Of a DNA stretch of 62,984 nt, positions 54,191-62,843 are shown one piece after another. The DNA lies in contig CAIOVI010000052.1 of assembly GCA_903861715.1 (NCBI GenBank), positions 1 to 62,984 of the forward strand, in the 5' to 3' direction. The notes under the pieces are model-generated. The model had not been told where the DNA came from and did not search any database. It was given only the letters and a program-made list of their open reading frames with translations. The stretch comes from an uncultured bacterium (GTDB lineage Bacteria > Patescibacteriota > Minisyncoccia > Moranbacterales > GWC2-37-73). The translations under genes and the position numbers were made by a program. Position 1 is the first letter of the stretch. Every line of letters begins with the position of its first letter.

Positions 54191-54748
54191 ATGTTAGGAC
54201 TAAGTGATATCAAAGCTGGAAAAAATATTCTCTGGGAAGGGCAACCTTACGTTGTTATTTCCGCAGAACATTCCAAAACCGGCCGCGCCGGAGCTGTGCT
54301 TCGAACCAAACTCAAAAATTTGCTCAACGGATCGGTGCTGGAAAAAACCTTCAACGGTTCAGACAAGGCTGATGAGGCCGACATGTCGAAATCCAAAGCT
54401 CAATATCTTTACGCTGAGCAAGACGGTTTTGTTTTCATGGACATGACTTCCTATGACCAATTTACGCTTTCCAAAGAAACTATTGGCAATGCGCCGCTTT
54501 ATTTGCTTGAAGGCACTGAAGTAACCGTGCTTAATTTCAATGATTTGCCAGTCAACATCGAACTGCCAATCAAAGTGACCCTGACTGTCGTTGAAGCTCC
54601 CCCGGGAATCAAAGGTGACACCTCTGGCACTGGCGGAAAAGTTGTGATCATGGAAACAGGCCTCAAAGTTTCCACCCCGCTTTTCATCAACGAAGGAGAC
54701 AAACTCATCATCAACACTGATAAGGGAGAATACGTTTCGAGAGCATAG
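54191..54748 (+). CDS. efp: Elongation factor P
   Basis: KAGKNILWEGQPYVVISAEHSKTGRAGAVLRTKLKNLLNG and three OB-like domains. Confidence 0.95.
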   Translation: MLGLSDIKAGKNILWEGQPYVVISAEHSKTGRAGAVLRTKLKNLLNGSVLEKTFNGSDKADEADMSKSKAQYLYAEQDGFVFMDMTSYDQFTLSKETIGNAPLYLLEGTEVTVLNFNDLPVNIELPIKVTLTVVEAPPGIKGDTSGTGGKVVIMETGLKVSTPLFINEGDKLIINTDKGEYVSRA

Positions 54749-54750
54749 AA

Positions 54751-54878
54751 AAGCTTTCTTCCTTATCATTCTCTCCTTTCGAAGGAGAGATGTCTGAAAG
54801 ACAGAGAGGTCAGAAGCTTTCTTCCTTATTGTTCTCTCCTTTAATAAGGAGAGATGTCCGTAAGACAGAGAGGTTATC
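54751..54878. repeat. Tandem duplication (~63 bp x2) of a double-hairpin unit
   Basis: aagctttcttccttat..ttctctccttt..aaggagagatgtc..aagacagagaggt occurs twice. Confidence 0.8.
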
Positions 54879-54912
54879 ACCTTGCAGGAAAAGCTTCTAG
54901 AAAATATGCGAT

Positions 54913-54947
54913 AAAAAAACACGACTCTTGAAAGGTCGTGTTTTTTG
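54913..54947. terminator. Bidirectional terminator
   Basis: aaaaaaacacgac-tcttgaaag-gtcgtgtttttt. Confidence 0.75.
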
Positions 54948-55129
54948 ATTCAGGAATTAAAAATAATTGCGGTCGCCCGCCTGACGAGATATGCCACTTC
55001 GGACAGGCAATAAATTTCAATTTAGAATATTGTAAAAAAAATCTTCTCTACCATATATGGTCGAATGGTAGAATTGCAAAATGCTAAAATATTGCGCTAT
55101 GTGTAAGAAAACTCTTTATTCAAAAAAAC

Positions 55130-56170
55130 CTAGGAATTTTCTTCTTCGTCTTTGTTTTTCTTTTCAATCAAATCGCCCACGAAAACACTGAGTGAGGTTG
55201 CAATCGGAATCGACAAGATGGCGCCGAAAGATCCGCCGAGCTTAGCGCCAATCAGCAAAGCCAGAATGACTACGATTGGATTGAGACCCACCACTTTTTT
55301 CATGACCTGCGGCACAATGACGTGGCTTTCCAGCTGCTGAATCACGGTAAGAACACAAAGCACAATCAGTCCAACCATCGGAGAAATCAAAAAACCAATT
55401 GCCGAAGCCAGGGCCGTTGAAATGATCGGTCCGAGATATGGCACGATTTCCAGAAGCCCAGCCAGCATAGCCAGAATCAGAGCATAAGGAACACCGAAAG
55501 CTGAAAGCACTGCAAAATCAAGCACAAAAATTATAAGCATCAGCAGCATTTGCCCTCCCAGCCATTTACCAATTTTATTTTTAATACGATTAGTGAGTGA
55601 AACAATATAATCATGCTGAGCCTTTGGCGCTATGGAAACAAAAAATTTGTTCATCACGTCTTCCCTGACGGACATATAAAAAGTCAGCGCCAACACCACC
55701 AAAACTGAGATGAAAAAAGTCACCACGCTAACGGTCGTGGAAAAAATACTGCCCGAAGATTGAGAAAGACTTCCCAGAGTGTTTTGCAAAAATTCATGAC
55801 TGCTGAAGGAAAAACCATAAGACTGAGCATACTGCTCAAGCCCACTAAAAGTTGCCGTCAATTTTTCGCTATAGGCAGGAATATTAGCCGTAAATTCCTT
55901 GAATTGTCCCACCAGTGGAGGAATGATGATAGTGCCTAAAATTCCAATCGAGGAAAAAAGCAACGCATAGATCAAAGAAATGGCAAACGACCTGGGAATT
56001 TTTTTGCTGCCCATCCAATCAATCAAAGGATCAAAGGTGGCCGCCAAAATGATGGACAAGAAAAACAAAGCCAGCACATCTCTGACCAAATACAAAAACC
56101 AAAAACCCAACAAAATTGCGATGGTTCTCAAGATAACACTGGTTGAAATGTCGATTTGTCTTTTGTTCAT
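55130..56170 (-). CDS. AI-2E family transporter (PerM/UPF0118)
   Basis: A polytopic membrane protein with the characteristic YLGPIISTALASAIGF...QQLESHVIVPQVMKK block. Confidence 0.8.
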   Translation of the reverse strand: MNKRQIDISTSVILRTIAILLGFWFLYLVRDVLALFFLSIILAATFDPLIDWMGSKKIPRSFAISLIYALLFSSIGILGTIIIPPLVGQFKEFTANIPAYSEKLTATFSGLEQYAQSYGFSFSSHEFLQNTLGSLSQSSGSIFSTTVSVVTFFISVLVVLALTFYMSVREDVMNKFFVSIAPKAQHDYIVSLTNRIKNKIGKWLGGQMLLMLIIFVLDFAVLSAFGVPYALILAMLAGLLEIVPYLGPIISTALASAIGFLISPMVGLIVLCVLTVIQQLESHVIVPQVMKKVVGLNPIVVILALLIGAKLGGSFGAILSIPIATSLSVFVGDLIEKKNKDEEENS

Positions 56171-56399
56171 ATTCCATTAAGATACACACACTAAACCAAC
56201 TGCTAAATCCTAATTTCCCTGCCTACCGACAGGCAGGCAATTTCCAATAAGATTCCAAGTCCTAAATCCTAATTTTTGATATTTTGATTTCAGATTTTAG
56301 ATTTTATTAGTCACTTGCCTACCGGCAGGCAGGTTGGATATTTAGATTTTGGATTTTAATGGTTTGCTTGGTTATTGTATCTTGTATCTTGGTTATTTA

Positions 56400-57668
56400 T
56401 TATAATTTCATCAACTCGGCAATTTGCTTGTCATTCTTGTGCGGACCAACAATTGCCAAATTGATTTTTTCTTTTTTGAAAATATTTTTAGCCACACGCA
56501 AAATGTCAGCAGTTGTCACGGCGTCAATTTTGGCAAAAACTTCCTTCGGAGAAAGAATTTTTTCTTTGTGCATTTCTTGATCAATGAAAAACATCGCCAC
56601 GTCATCTGAAGCTTCAAAGCCCATCACGGAGCGACCTCTGACATAGTCCTTGGCTTTTTGTAATTCCTTTTCAGAAACTTTTTCGGTGGCAATTTTTTTG
56701 TATTCATTCAGAATAACTTCGATGGTTTGACTAAGCTTTTTGTGCTCAATGCCCGCTTGCGTTCCAATGTAACCACAGTCTTGATAGGTGTCCACGCTGG
56801 TGCTGACAAAATAAGCCAAGCCTCTGCGTTCACGAACTTCAATGAAAAGTCGACTGCTCATGTTGCCACCCAAAATCACCGACAGCAATGAAAGTGCCCA
56901 GCGATCTTTGTGATTCTGATGATATGCTCGGGCTCCCAAAATCAGATGCGTTTGATCAGTTTTTTTGAATTTAAGATGCACGCCTGGCGCAACTTGGCGG
57001 TCAGAAACTTTTTTGAATTTCGCCTGCGCGCCTTTTTCAAATCCGCCGAAGTGCTGTTGCAATTGTTTCAAAATTTCCTTTTCGTCAAATTTGCCAGAAA
57101 TGCAGATGACGGTTTCATTAGCCACATAATGTTTTTTCAAATAAGCCACAAAATCCTGACGCACAAATTTTTTGATGGTTTCCTTGTAGCCCACAATGTT
57201 GCGCCCCATTTGATGCTGACCATAAAGCAGCTTTTCAAATTCCTCGCCCACACTGCGCCTTGGATCATCTTCATACATGCTCAATTCCTGCAAAATTGGA
57301 CCACGCTCACGCTCAATTTCCACTTGTTCCAATTTTGAATTGAGAAAAATGTCAGCAATCACATCCAGAGCCTTGCCCACGTGCCGACCATCCACTTTGG
57401 CATAATAGGCCGTTTTGTCTTTCGAGGTGAAAGCATTAAACTCTCCGCCAATCCCATCGAGTTCTTCCGAAATAGATTGCGCAGTCGGCCGCTCTTGAGT
57501 GCCCTTGAAAAACATATGCTCAATGAAATGTGAAAGTCCAGCTTGCTTTTCGCTTTCATAGCGTGAACCCACGCCCACCATCACCATCACCGTGGCCGTC
57601 TGCGTGCCTTCCATCGGCACTGTCAAAATTCGCAAACCATTTTTGAGAGTTGTTTTTTTATAGTTCAT
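56400..57668 (-). CDS. M16-family zinc peptidase (insulinase/pitrilysin-like)
   Basis: Inverted zinc motif HFIEH in GLSHFIEHMFFKGT. Confidence 0.85.
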   Translation of the reverse strand: MNYKKTTLKNGLRILTVPMEGTQTATVMVMVGVGSRYESEKQAGLSHFIEHMFFKGTQERPTAQSISEELDGIGGEFNAFTSKDKTAYYAKVDGRHVGKALDVIADIFLNSKLEQVEIERERGPILQELSMYEDDPRRSVGEEFEKLLYGQHQMGRNIVGYKETIKKFVRQDFVAYLKKHYVANETVICISGKFDEKEILKQLQQHFGGFEKGAQAKFKKVSDRQVAPGVHLKFKKTDQTHLILGARAYHQNHKDRWALSLLSVILGGNMSSRLFIEVRERRGLAYFVSTSVDTYQDCGYIGTQAGIEHKKLSQTIEVILNEYKKIATEKVSEKELQKAKDYVRGRSVMGFEASDDVAMFFIDQEMHKEKILSPKEVFAKIDAVTTADILRVAKNIFKKEKINLAIVGPHKNDKQIAELMKL

Positions 57669-57782
57669 AAATAATAAAATAATAATTTAATTCATATCGT
57701 GCTTAGAAAATTAAACAGTTGCAATATCGCAAACTAGCCCCACAAATATACAAATTTACTACAAATCTACAAATAGAAACAA

Positions 57783-58778
57783 CTAAGCAATTTGCTTCTT
57801 CGTGCTTTTTTCTTTTTTAATACGACTAACTCTAATCAAGCCTGAGCATGGCACAATTTCAATCCCTTTCTTTTCCAACTCATCCAAGAAAAGATTCATG
57901 CCAATTGAGTCGGATGAAATATGTCCAGCGATAATAACATTAATATGGGCTTCTTCCGCTTGCTTGCGAAATTCCTCACTTTGATGCATTGAAATTATCG
58001 TGCCTATTCCAGCTTGTCCCAATTTTTCATACATTTTTGAGCTGCCAGAAGTTCCACCTGTGATTTCAGCAAAAGCTATTTTGCCACAACGATTTTCTTC
58101 ATTGCCAGTAAACAACCTCGGTCCAGCTCCTCGAAGTTCTCCCTCTCGATACTCAGGAATTTTCAACAATGATTTGATAATATCGCCAACATATTCAGGC
58201 TTGTCTGCTAAAACTTTTTTCTCCACAAATTTAGCCACTAAATTATCCGCTGGCGTGTGGACGTTCATGAAATTCAAACCCAAGAGTCTAGCCGCATCAA
58301 CCTCCTTAAAGTGATTTGAAGCACTAACTCCGCGGCTAACCTCCCCAATGCGAACCCGCATCAGATTTTCAGCCACATTGATTGGCACTCCATATTGAGC
58401 ATACACATCAGCTTGCAAGTGCATCACATCTGCAAGATCAGCCAAAGCTTTGCCTTCAGGATGATGCCCAATGACCAAGTCGATTGGTTTTTTGGGATTG
58501 TGCTCAGAGAGATATCTAGCCATCATCAGTTCTGAAGTGTCAATGTCAATGCCTGCCATCACTCGCTTGATAGCTTTGTTGCCACCAGCGAAATGAATTC
58601 GACTATCCAAATAGGGATTAGTTGTTTTTTCCGTATCAAAAAGTTCCTTATCTTCTTTTGAAAGTTTGGCATATTTTTCCTTTTGCCTTTTGAGGATTTT
58701 TTCAATTCGCTCCTTCGGACGAAAATCATTTTTAATCCCAATTTCAATGGCTAGTTTGTAAATTTCTTGAATGTTCAT
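57783..58778 (-). CDS. Possible NIF3-like dinuclear-metal protein
   Basis: VIGHHPEG and IIAGHISSDSIG blocks resemble NIF3/YbgI metal ligands. The assignment is tentative. Confidence 0.4.
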   Translation of the reverse strand: MNIQEIYKLAIEIGIKNDFRPKERIEKILKRQKEKYAKLSKEDKELFDTEKTTNPYLDSRIHFAGGNKAIKRVMAGIDIDTSELMMARYLSEHNPKKPIDLVIGHHPEGKALADLADVMHLQADVYAQYGVPINVAENLMRVRIGEVSRGVSASNHFKEVDAARLLGLNFMNVHTPADNLVAKFVEKKVLADKPEYVGDIIKSLLKIPEYREGELRGAGPRLFTGNEENRCGKIAFAEITGGTSGSSKMYEKLGQAGIGTIISMHQSEEFRKQAEEAHINVIIAGHISSDSIGMNLFLDELEKKGIEIVPCSGLIRVSRIKKEKSTKKQIA

Positions 58779-58807
58779 AATGTTTTTAAAAAAAATTAGC
58801 TATAAAA

Positions 58808-60463
58808 TTATTTCTCCATCACCTTCCGCATCAGCGAATAAGGCGCGATTCCTTTTTTGTTAATTTCAATAAAATATAGTCCCCCGTGTCCGCCGTGAGC
58901 CGAAGCCACTTCTTCGCCTTGTTCATTTTTAATCTGCAAAATTTTAACGGGAATATTTTTTTCCTTGGTCATGATTTCCACGGCGTCTTTGGCATAAAGC
59001 GCGTTGTGAACTTTCATCTTCAGGATTTTGCCTTCCACTGCCAAAATTTCACCAACTGACTGGGAATTTTTTCCAACCACTTCCCCTTCAAAATTGTGCT
59101 CGGGCTCGTTGCCCAGCAAAAAACCTTTGGTGTAGCCACGATTGACGGTTTTTTCAATTTCGCTCTGGGCCCATTTTTGAGCTTTTTTGACCTCCTGAGC
59201 TGTTTTTTGACCCTCAATTGCGTCCAGAACCCTCCGATAGGCCCGCACCACGCTGGACACATAAAACACGCTCTTATTGCGCCCCTCGATTTTAAACGAG
59301 CTTACGCCCGCTTTTTTGAGCTCGCACAGATGCGAAAGTAGGTTCAAATCCCGACTATTGAAAAAATAGGTGCCATGAGAGTCTTCTTCCAAAAGAACCG
59401 CCTTGCCACTCTGAACCTCCGCAACTTCCATGGTTTTATACTCGCTACAACTACATTTGTCGGATTCTAGTTCTCCAGCTGGTGGGTTGATTTTTTCTGT
59501 CTCTCCGGCAGACAAGGATTTTGAGTTTTGAATTCCACATTCCGCACTTCGCATTTCAGGTTTTGAGTTCCACGTTCCACGTTCCGCGCTATGCGTTTCG
59601 CGATAACCCCAGCGGCACGGCTGCGTGCAATCTCCCAAATTAGCACTTTTGTTGCTCAGCCATTTGCTCAAAATGCAGCGACCTGAATAACTCATGCACA
59701 TCGCTCCATGCACAAAATATTCCAACTCCAATTTTGGCACTCTCTTTTTGATTTCAATGATGTCTGCCAAAGTTGTTTCCCGCGCCAGCACCACCCGCTC
59801 GATTCCTTGCTCAAACCAAAACTGGGCCGCTTGCCAATTGGTCGTGTTGGCTTGGGTGCTCAAATGAATTGGCACCTGCGGCAAATGTTTTTTTGCCAAC
59901 CTGAGGATGCCCGGATCGGAAATAATCAAACCGTCAACTGAAATTGTTTTCAAAAATTTCAGATGTTTTTCAATGATTGGCAAATGATAATTGTGCGCAT
60001 AAATGTTAAGCGTCACATAAATTTTTTTTTCATGGCTGTGCACAAACTCGCAAGCTTCTTTCAAATCAGCTTCCGAGAAGGCATTGATGCGAGCTCGCAT
60101 TGAAACGCTCGGCAATCCGCAATAAACCGCATCCGCCCCGAAGGTGATGGCATATTTGAGTTTTTCCAGACTCCCCGCCGGCGCCAGAAGTTCGATTTTA
60201 TTTTCTTTCTGCTTTAAATTCTTCACATTTTTAAAAATCCCTTTTGTTTTTAGGGCTTTGGCGGACAGGCCCGCCGGCGCCAGAAGTTCGATTTTATTTT
60301 CTTTCTGCTTTAAATTCTTCACATTTTTAAAAATCCCTTTTGTTTTTAGGGCTTTGGCGGACAGGCCCGCCGGCGCCAGAAGTTCTATTTTTTGGCTTTT
60401 TTGGGTCATAATTTCGTTTCCTCTTGCATAGTCCATCCTACGCCTTTTTAAAGATTTGGTCAA
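58808..60463 (-). CDS. Peptidase U32 family protein with tandemly duplicated N-terminus and an internal insert
   Basis: ELLAPAGSLEKLKYAITFGADAVYCG...LSTQANTTN...CTQPCRWGY. The start is uncertain; candidate Met residues are at 60463 and 60412. Confidence 0.85.
   Translation of the reverse strand: MTKSLKRRRMDYARGNEIMTQKSQKIELLAPAGLSAKALKTKGIFKNVKNLKQKENKIELLAPAGLSAKALKTKGIFKNVKNLKQKENKIELLAPAGSLEKLKYAITFGADAVYCGLPSVSMRARINAFSEADLKEACEFVHSHEKKIYVTLNIYAHNYHLPIIEKHLKFLKTISVDGLIISDPGILRLAKKHLPQVPIHLSTQANTTNWQAAQFWFEQGIERVVLARETTLADIIEIKKRVPKLELEYFVHGAMCMSYSGRCILSKWLSNKSANLGDCTQPCRWGYRETHSAERGTWNSKPEMRSAECGIQNSKSLSAGETEKINPPAGELESDKCSCSEYKTMEVAEVQSGKAVLLEEDSHGTYFFNSRDLNLLSHLCELKKAGVSSFKIEGRNKSVFYVSSVVRAYRRVLDAIEGQKTAQEVKKAQKWAQSEIEKTVNRGYTKGFLLGNEPEHNFEGEVVGKNSQSVGEILAVEGKILKMKVHNALYAKDAVEIMTKEKNIPVKILQIKNEQGEEVASAHGGHGGLYFIEINKKGIAPYSLMRKVMEK
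60176..60392. repeat. 96-bp tandem repeat (2.3 copies) inside the U32 peptidase 5' end
   Basis: cgccggcgccagaagttcgattttattttctttctgctttaaattcttcacatttttaaaaatcccttttgtttttagggctttggcggacaggcc starts at 60176, 60272 and 60368. Confidence 0.9.
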
Positions 60464-60565
60464 TTGTAAGTATACATAGTGATACCGAATTAACTAAATT
60501 AATTGTAGTTTACTATCCTGGAGCTTAGCTCCGTCCCAATAGCACTAATACCAAATTAACTAAAA

Positions 60566-60648
60566 CACTGTTAGTTTCAAGGAGGCTCAACCTCCATTAT
60601 GGAGGTTGAGCCTCCGACGTTTAGCTGCCATTAATCCAGTTAATCCAG
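60566..60648 (-). repeat. ~100-bp hairpin element, copy B (inverted relative to 46222-46304)
   Basis: The reverse complement is identical to copy A over ~83 bp, including ggaggctcaacctccataatggaggttgagcctcc. Confidence 0.85.
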
Positions 60649-60732
60649 CATAACTACCCTTCAGCAGAATTTCTCCAACAAAAAACAGGGAAAAATCATT
60701 CCCCTGTTTTTTTGTCTTTGTCCTATTTCTCC

Positions 60733-61674
60733 CTAGCTACTCGGCGCAATTTCAATAAATTTGTTGACCTTCATTTGGCAACCTGGACACTGAATGGTCT
60801 TGGGATTAGAAGGACAAGAGATGCTGTTGGTGGTGCAATCAGTCATCGGTAGACTTTCGCTGCCGGTGCAGCTATTGAGAGCCATGCAAGCAAAGTCAGC
60901 CACAGTGGTGGTGATTTTGAGACCACAGTTTTTGGTGTCAGCACAAAAGGCGTTGATAGCTGCGTCAGTTTCGGCGCAGTTGTAACCAGAGATGATCAAC
61001 GGTTTGGTGCCAGGAGTTAGTGGATTAAGGCCATTGTCACAAGTCAATCCCACGCAGGTGTTGGCGGCGCAATTATTTGGCACCAATGTTCCATAATTTG
61101 TGCCACTAAAAGAAATGTAGCCAAATTCGTCTGACCAAGCATAGCCACTGAGTTTGTTATCTGAACCAATTTTAAGGCCATAAGCATCTCCATTTTGAGC
61201 GTTGCCGCTTAAACTAATCCAGCCAAGATTGCCGCCAGCGTTTGTCCCGGACTGAGCAATGTCTGAAAATCTGGCCCAGCCTTTGATGTCATTGCCAACT
61301 CGATAGGCCTTGCAAGTTCCGCTGGGGCAACCTGTCAGCAAACCATTAATATCATCAAAAGCGATAAAGCCCATGTTTTCACTGTAGGCACTGCCAGCCA
61401 GCTCACCATCAGTTACTGGCACGTTGACGCCATAAGCGACAACTCCGCCACCAGTTGCATTGTTCATGCTGATCCAACCAACTCCAGAATTGACCCCAGC
61501 GCCATCGTCAGATCCTCCCCAGATCCAACCCAAAAGATTTTTGCTGGAATCGGCTTTGACTTGCATGGCCAAAAAAAGCAAACAAATGATTCCCAAAATC
61601 AGAGAAGCTGTGAAAATTTTATTTTTGTTTTTTGAAGGCATACTTTTTAGTTTTTGCAAGTTTAATTTTTGCAT
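60733..61674 (-). CDS. Secreted/anchored repeat protein with a Cys-rich C-terminus
   Basis: An N-terminal TM/signal (IFTASLILGIICLLFLAMQVKA) is followed by recurring G-W/Y-x-W/F...GWIS/GFI.F motifs and then ~14 Cys residues. Confidence 0.6.
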   Translation of the reverse strand: MQKLNLQKLKSMPSKNKNKIFTASLILGIICLLFLAMQVKADSSKNLLGWIWGGSDDGAGVNSGVGWISMNNATGGGVVAYGVNVPVTDGELAGSAYSENMGFIAFDDINGLLTGCPSGTCKAYRVGNDIKGWARFSDIAQSGTNAGGNLGWISLSGNAQNGDAYGLKIGSDNKLSGYAWSDEFGYISFSGTNYGTLVPNNCAANTCVGLTCDNGLNPLTPGTKPLIISGYNCAETDAAINAFCADTKNCGLKITTTVADFACMALNSCTGSESLPMTDCTTNSISCPSNPKTIQCPGCQMKVNKFIEIAPSS

Positions 61675-61692
61675 AAAATTTAAAATTGCTGA

Positions 61693-62034
61693 TTATTTTT
61701 TGACAGCGGGAACTGGCACTTGAGCCTGAGCCTGCGCTGGAGCCTGCGCTTGAGCTTGCGCTTGTTGCTGACATTGAGCATCCACTATTTGAATTTGCTG
61801 ATCATCTTTTTTGACTTCAAAAGATTGGCAATTGCTGGCTTTGGTTTTTTTGATCAAATCGTCAATACTGGTGGCATAACCTTGTTGATAAGCAGCTTGC
61901 ATGCCTCTGATTTTGTAGCCGGCATAAAGGTCATAGGCCACATAGACAGTGGTGGCGAAAAACCAAATGATGAGGATTGTTTTGAGGACGTCTTGTTTGT
62001 TGATGCTGAGCATAGTTTTTTTGTGAAAATTCAA
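61693..62034 (-). CDS. Membrane-anchored hypothetical protein with a QA-repeat tail
   Basis: TM segment ILIIWFFATTVYVAYDLYA and C-terminal QQQAQAQAQAPAQAQAQVPVP. Confidence 0.5.
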   Translation of the reverse strand: MNFHKKTMLSINKQDVLKTILIIWFFATTVYVAYDLYAGYKIRGMQAAYQQGYATSIDDLIKKTKASNCQSFEVKKDDQQIQIVDAQCQQQAQAQAQAPAQAQAQVPVPAVKK

Positions 62035-62102
62035 TCAAGAATGTTTTGAGAAAATTTGCTTATTCAACTTAATTTAATTGGGTTAATGTTTTTTGTTAAA
62101 CG

Positions 62103-62843
62103 TTATTTCAAAGGGGCAGTTGGAGCTGGCGGAACAACAACTTTTCCATCGGTTGGCGAAACTGGAGCTGCGGTTGCATTGGCTGGCAGGGCTGGTGGAG
62201 CTGGAACTGGGGTTGCTTGACCTGGCAAGGCTGCTGCGCTTTGAGGAGCAACTTGCACGTCAATTTCGCTGGCCGTGAACTCAGCTTTGCTGCGAATGTT
62301 TTCATTGGTTGTGATTGAGAGTTGTTGACCTTCTTTGAGATCATTGAAGGAGATTTCTTTTTTTTCTTGCATCATTGGAGGAATGACGGGAGCGCTTTGA
62401 ACTGGTGAGCTTGCTTGATCTTTGAGCGTGGCTTGCTGTTCAGTTAGTTTCTTTTGGAAATCAGCCATCTCTTGTTGAAATTGAGCTTGGTCTTTTTGAA
62501 CCAGCTGGTAAATTTTAGTGTTGGAGTCAGTGTGGATAGTCAGGGTGTTGGTGCCTTGAGTTGCCATTGGGTCACCTTGATTGGTTTGCAAGGTTATGGT
62601 CCCATTGGAAACCTTTTTGACGGTGCCGTTGGCAGTTTTGACTTCCATGCCCTCTGGCAATTTTGGGGCACTGACGCCAGCGCAATTTTGATTGCTAGCT
62701 GTTGGAGCTGCGACTTTGCTGGGCGAGAACTTTGCGCCGACCAGTAGCCCAAGTCCGAAGACTGCCAGCAAGGCCAAAGCGACGATGAGGATTAGTTTTT
62801 TGTTCATTTGTTTTTGCATATTGTTTGGTGGTTTTTCCAGCAA
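62103..62843 (-). CDS. Secreted/anchored low-complexity (P/A/Q-rich) hypothetical protein
   Basis: N-terminal TM segment LILIVALALLAVFGLGLLVGA. The C-terminus is P/A-rich. Confidence 0.5.
   Translation of the reverse strand: MLEKPPNNMQKQMNKKLILIVALALLAVFGLGLLVGAKFSPSKVAAPTASNQNCAGVSAPKLPEGMEVKTANGTVKKVSNGTITLQTNQGDPMATQGTNTLTIHTDSNTKIYQLVQKDQAQFQQEMADFQKKLTEQQATLKDQASSPVQSAPVIPPMMQEKKEISFNDLKEGQQLSITTNENIRSKAEFTASEIDVQVAPQSAAALPGQATPVPAPPALPANATAAPVSPTDGKVVVPPAPTAPLK

Noticed and set aside
54359-54922. 187-aa minus-strand ORF overlapping efp and the downstream tandem repeat.
   Set aside because: It is antisense to a canonical EF-P gene. Its 3' part translates the 63-bp tandem repeat (SLLKERTIRKKA twice).
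60144-60431. 95-aa plus-strand ORF with an internally repeated ARSSILFSFCFKFFTFLKIPFVFRALADRPAG.
   Set aside because: It is the antisense reading of the 96-bp tandem repeat inside the U32 peptidase gene.
46222-60648. The 14-kb IR-flanked block as a composite transposon or genomic island.
   Set aside because: Its content is core (rpsF, ssb, rpsR, efp, dus, M16 peptidase). There is no transposase or integrase. The flanking repeats belong to the same hairpin-element style that is dispersed through the window.
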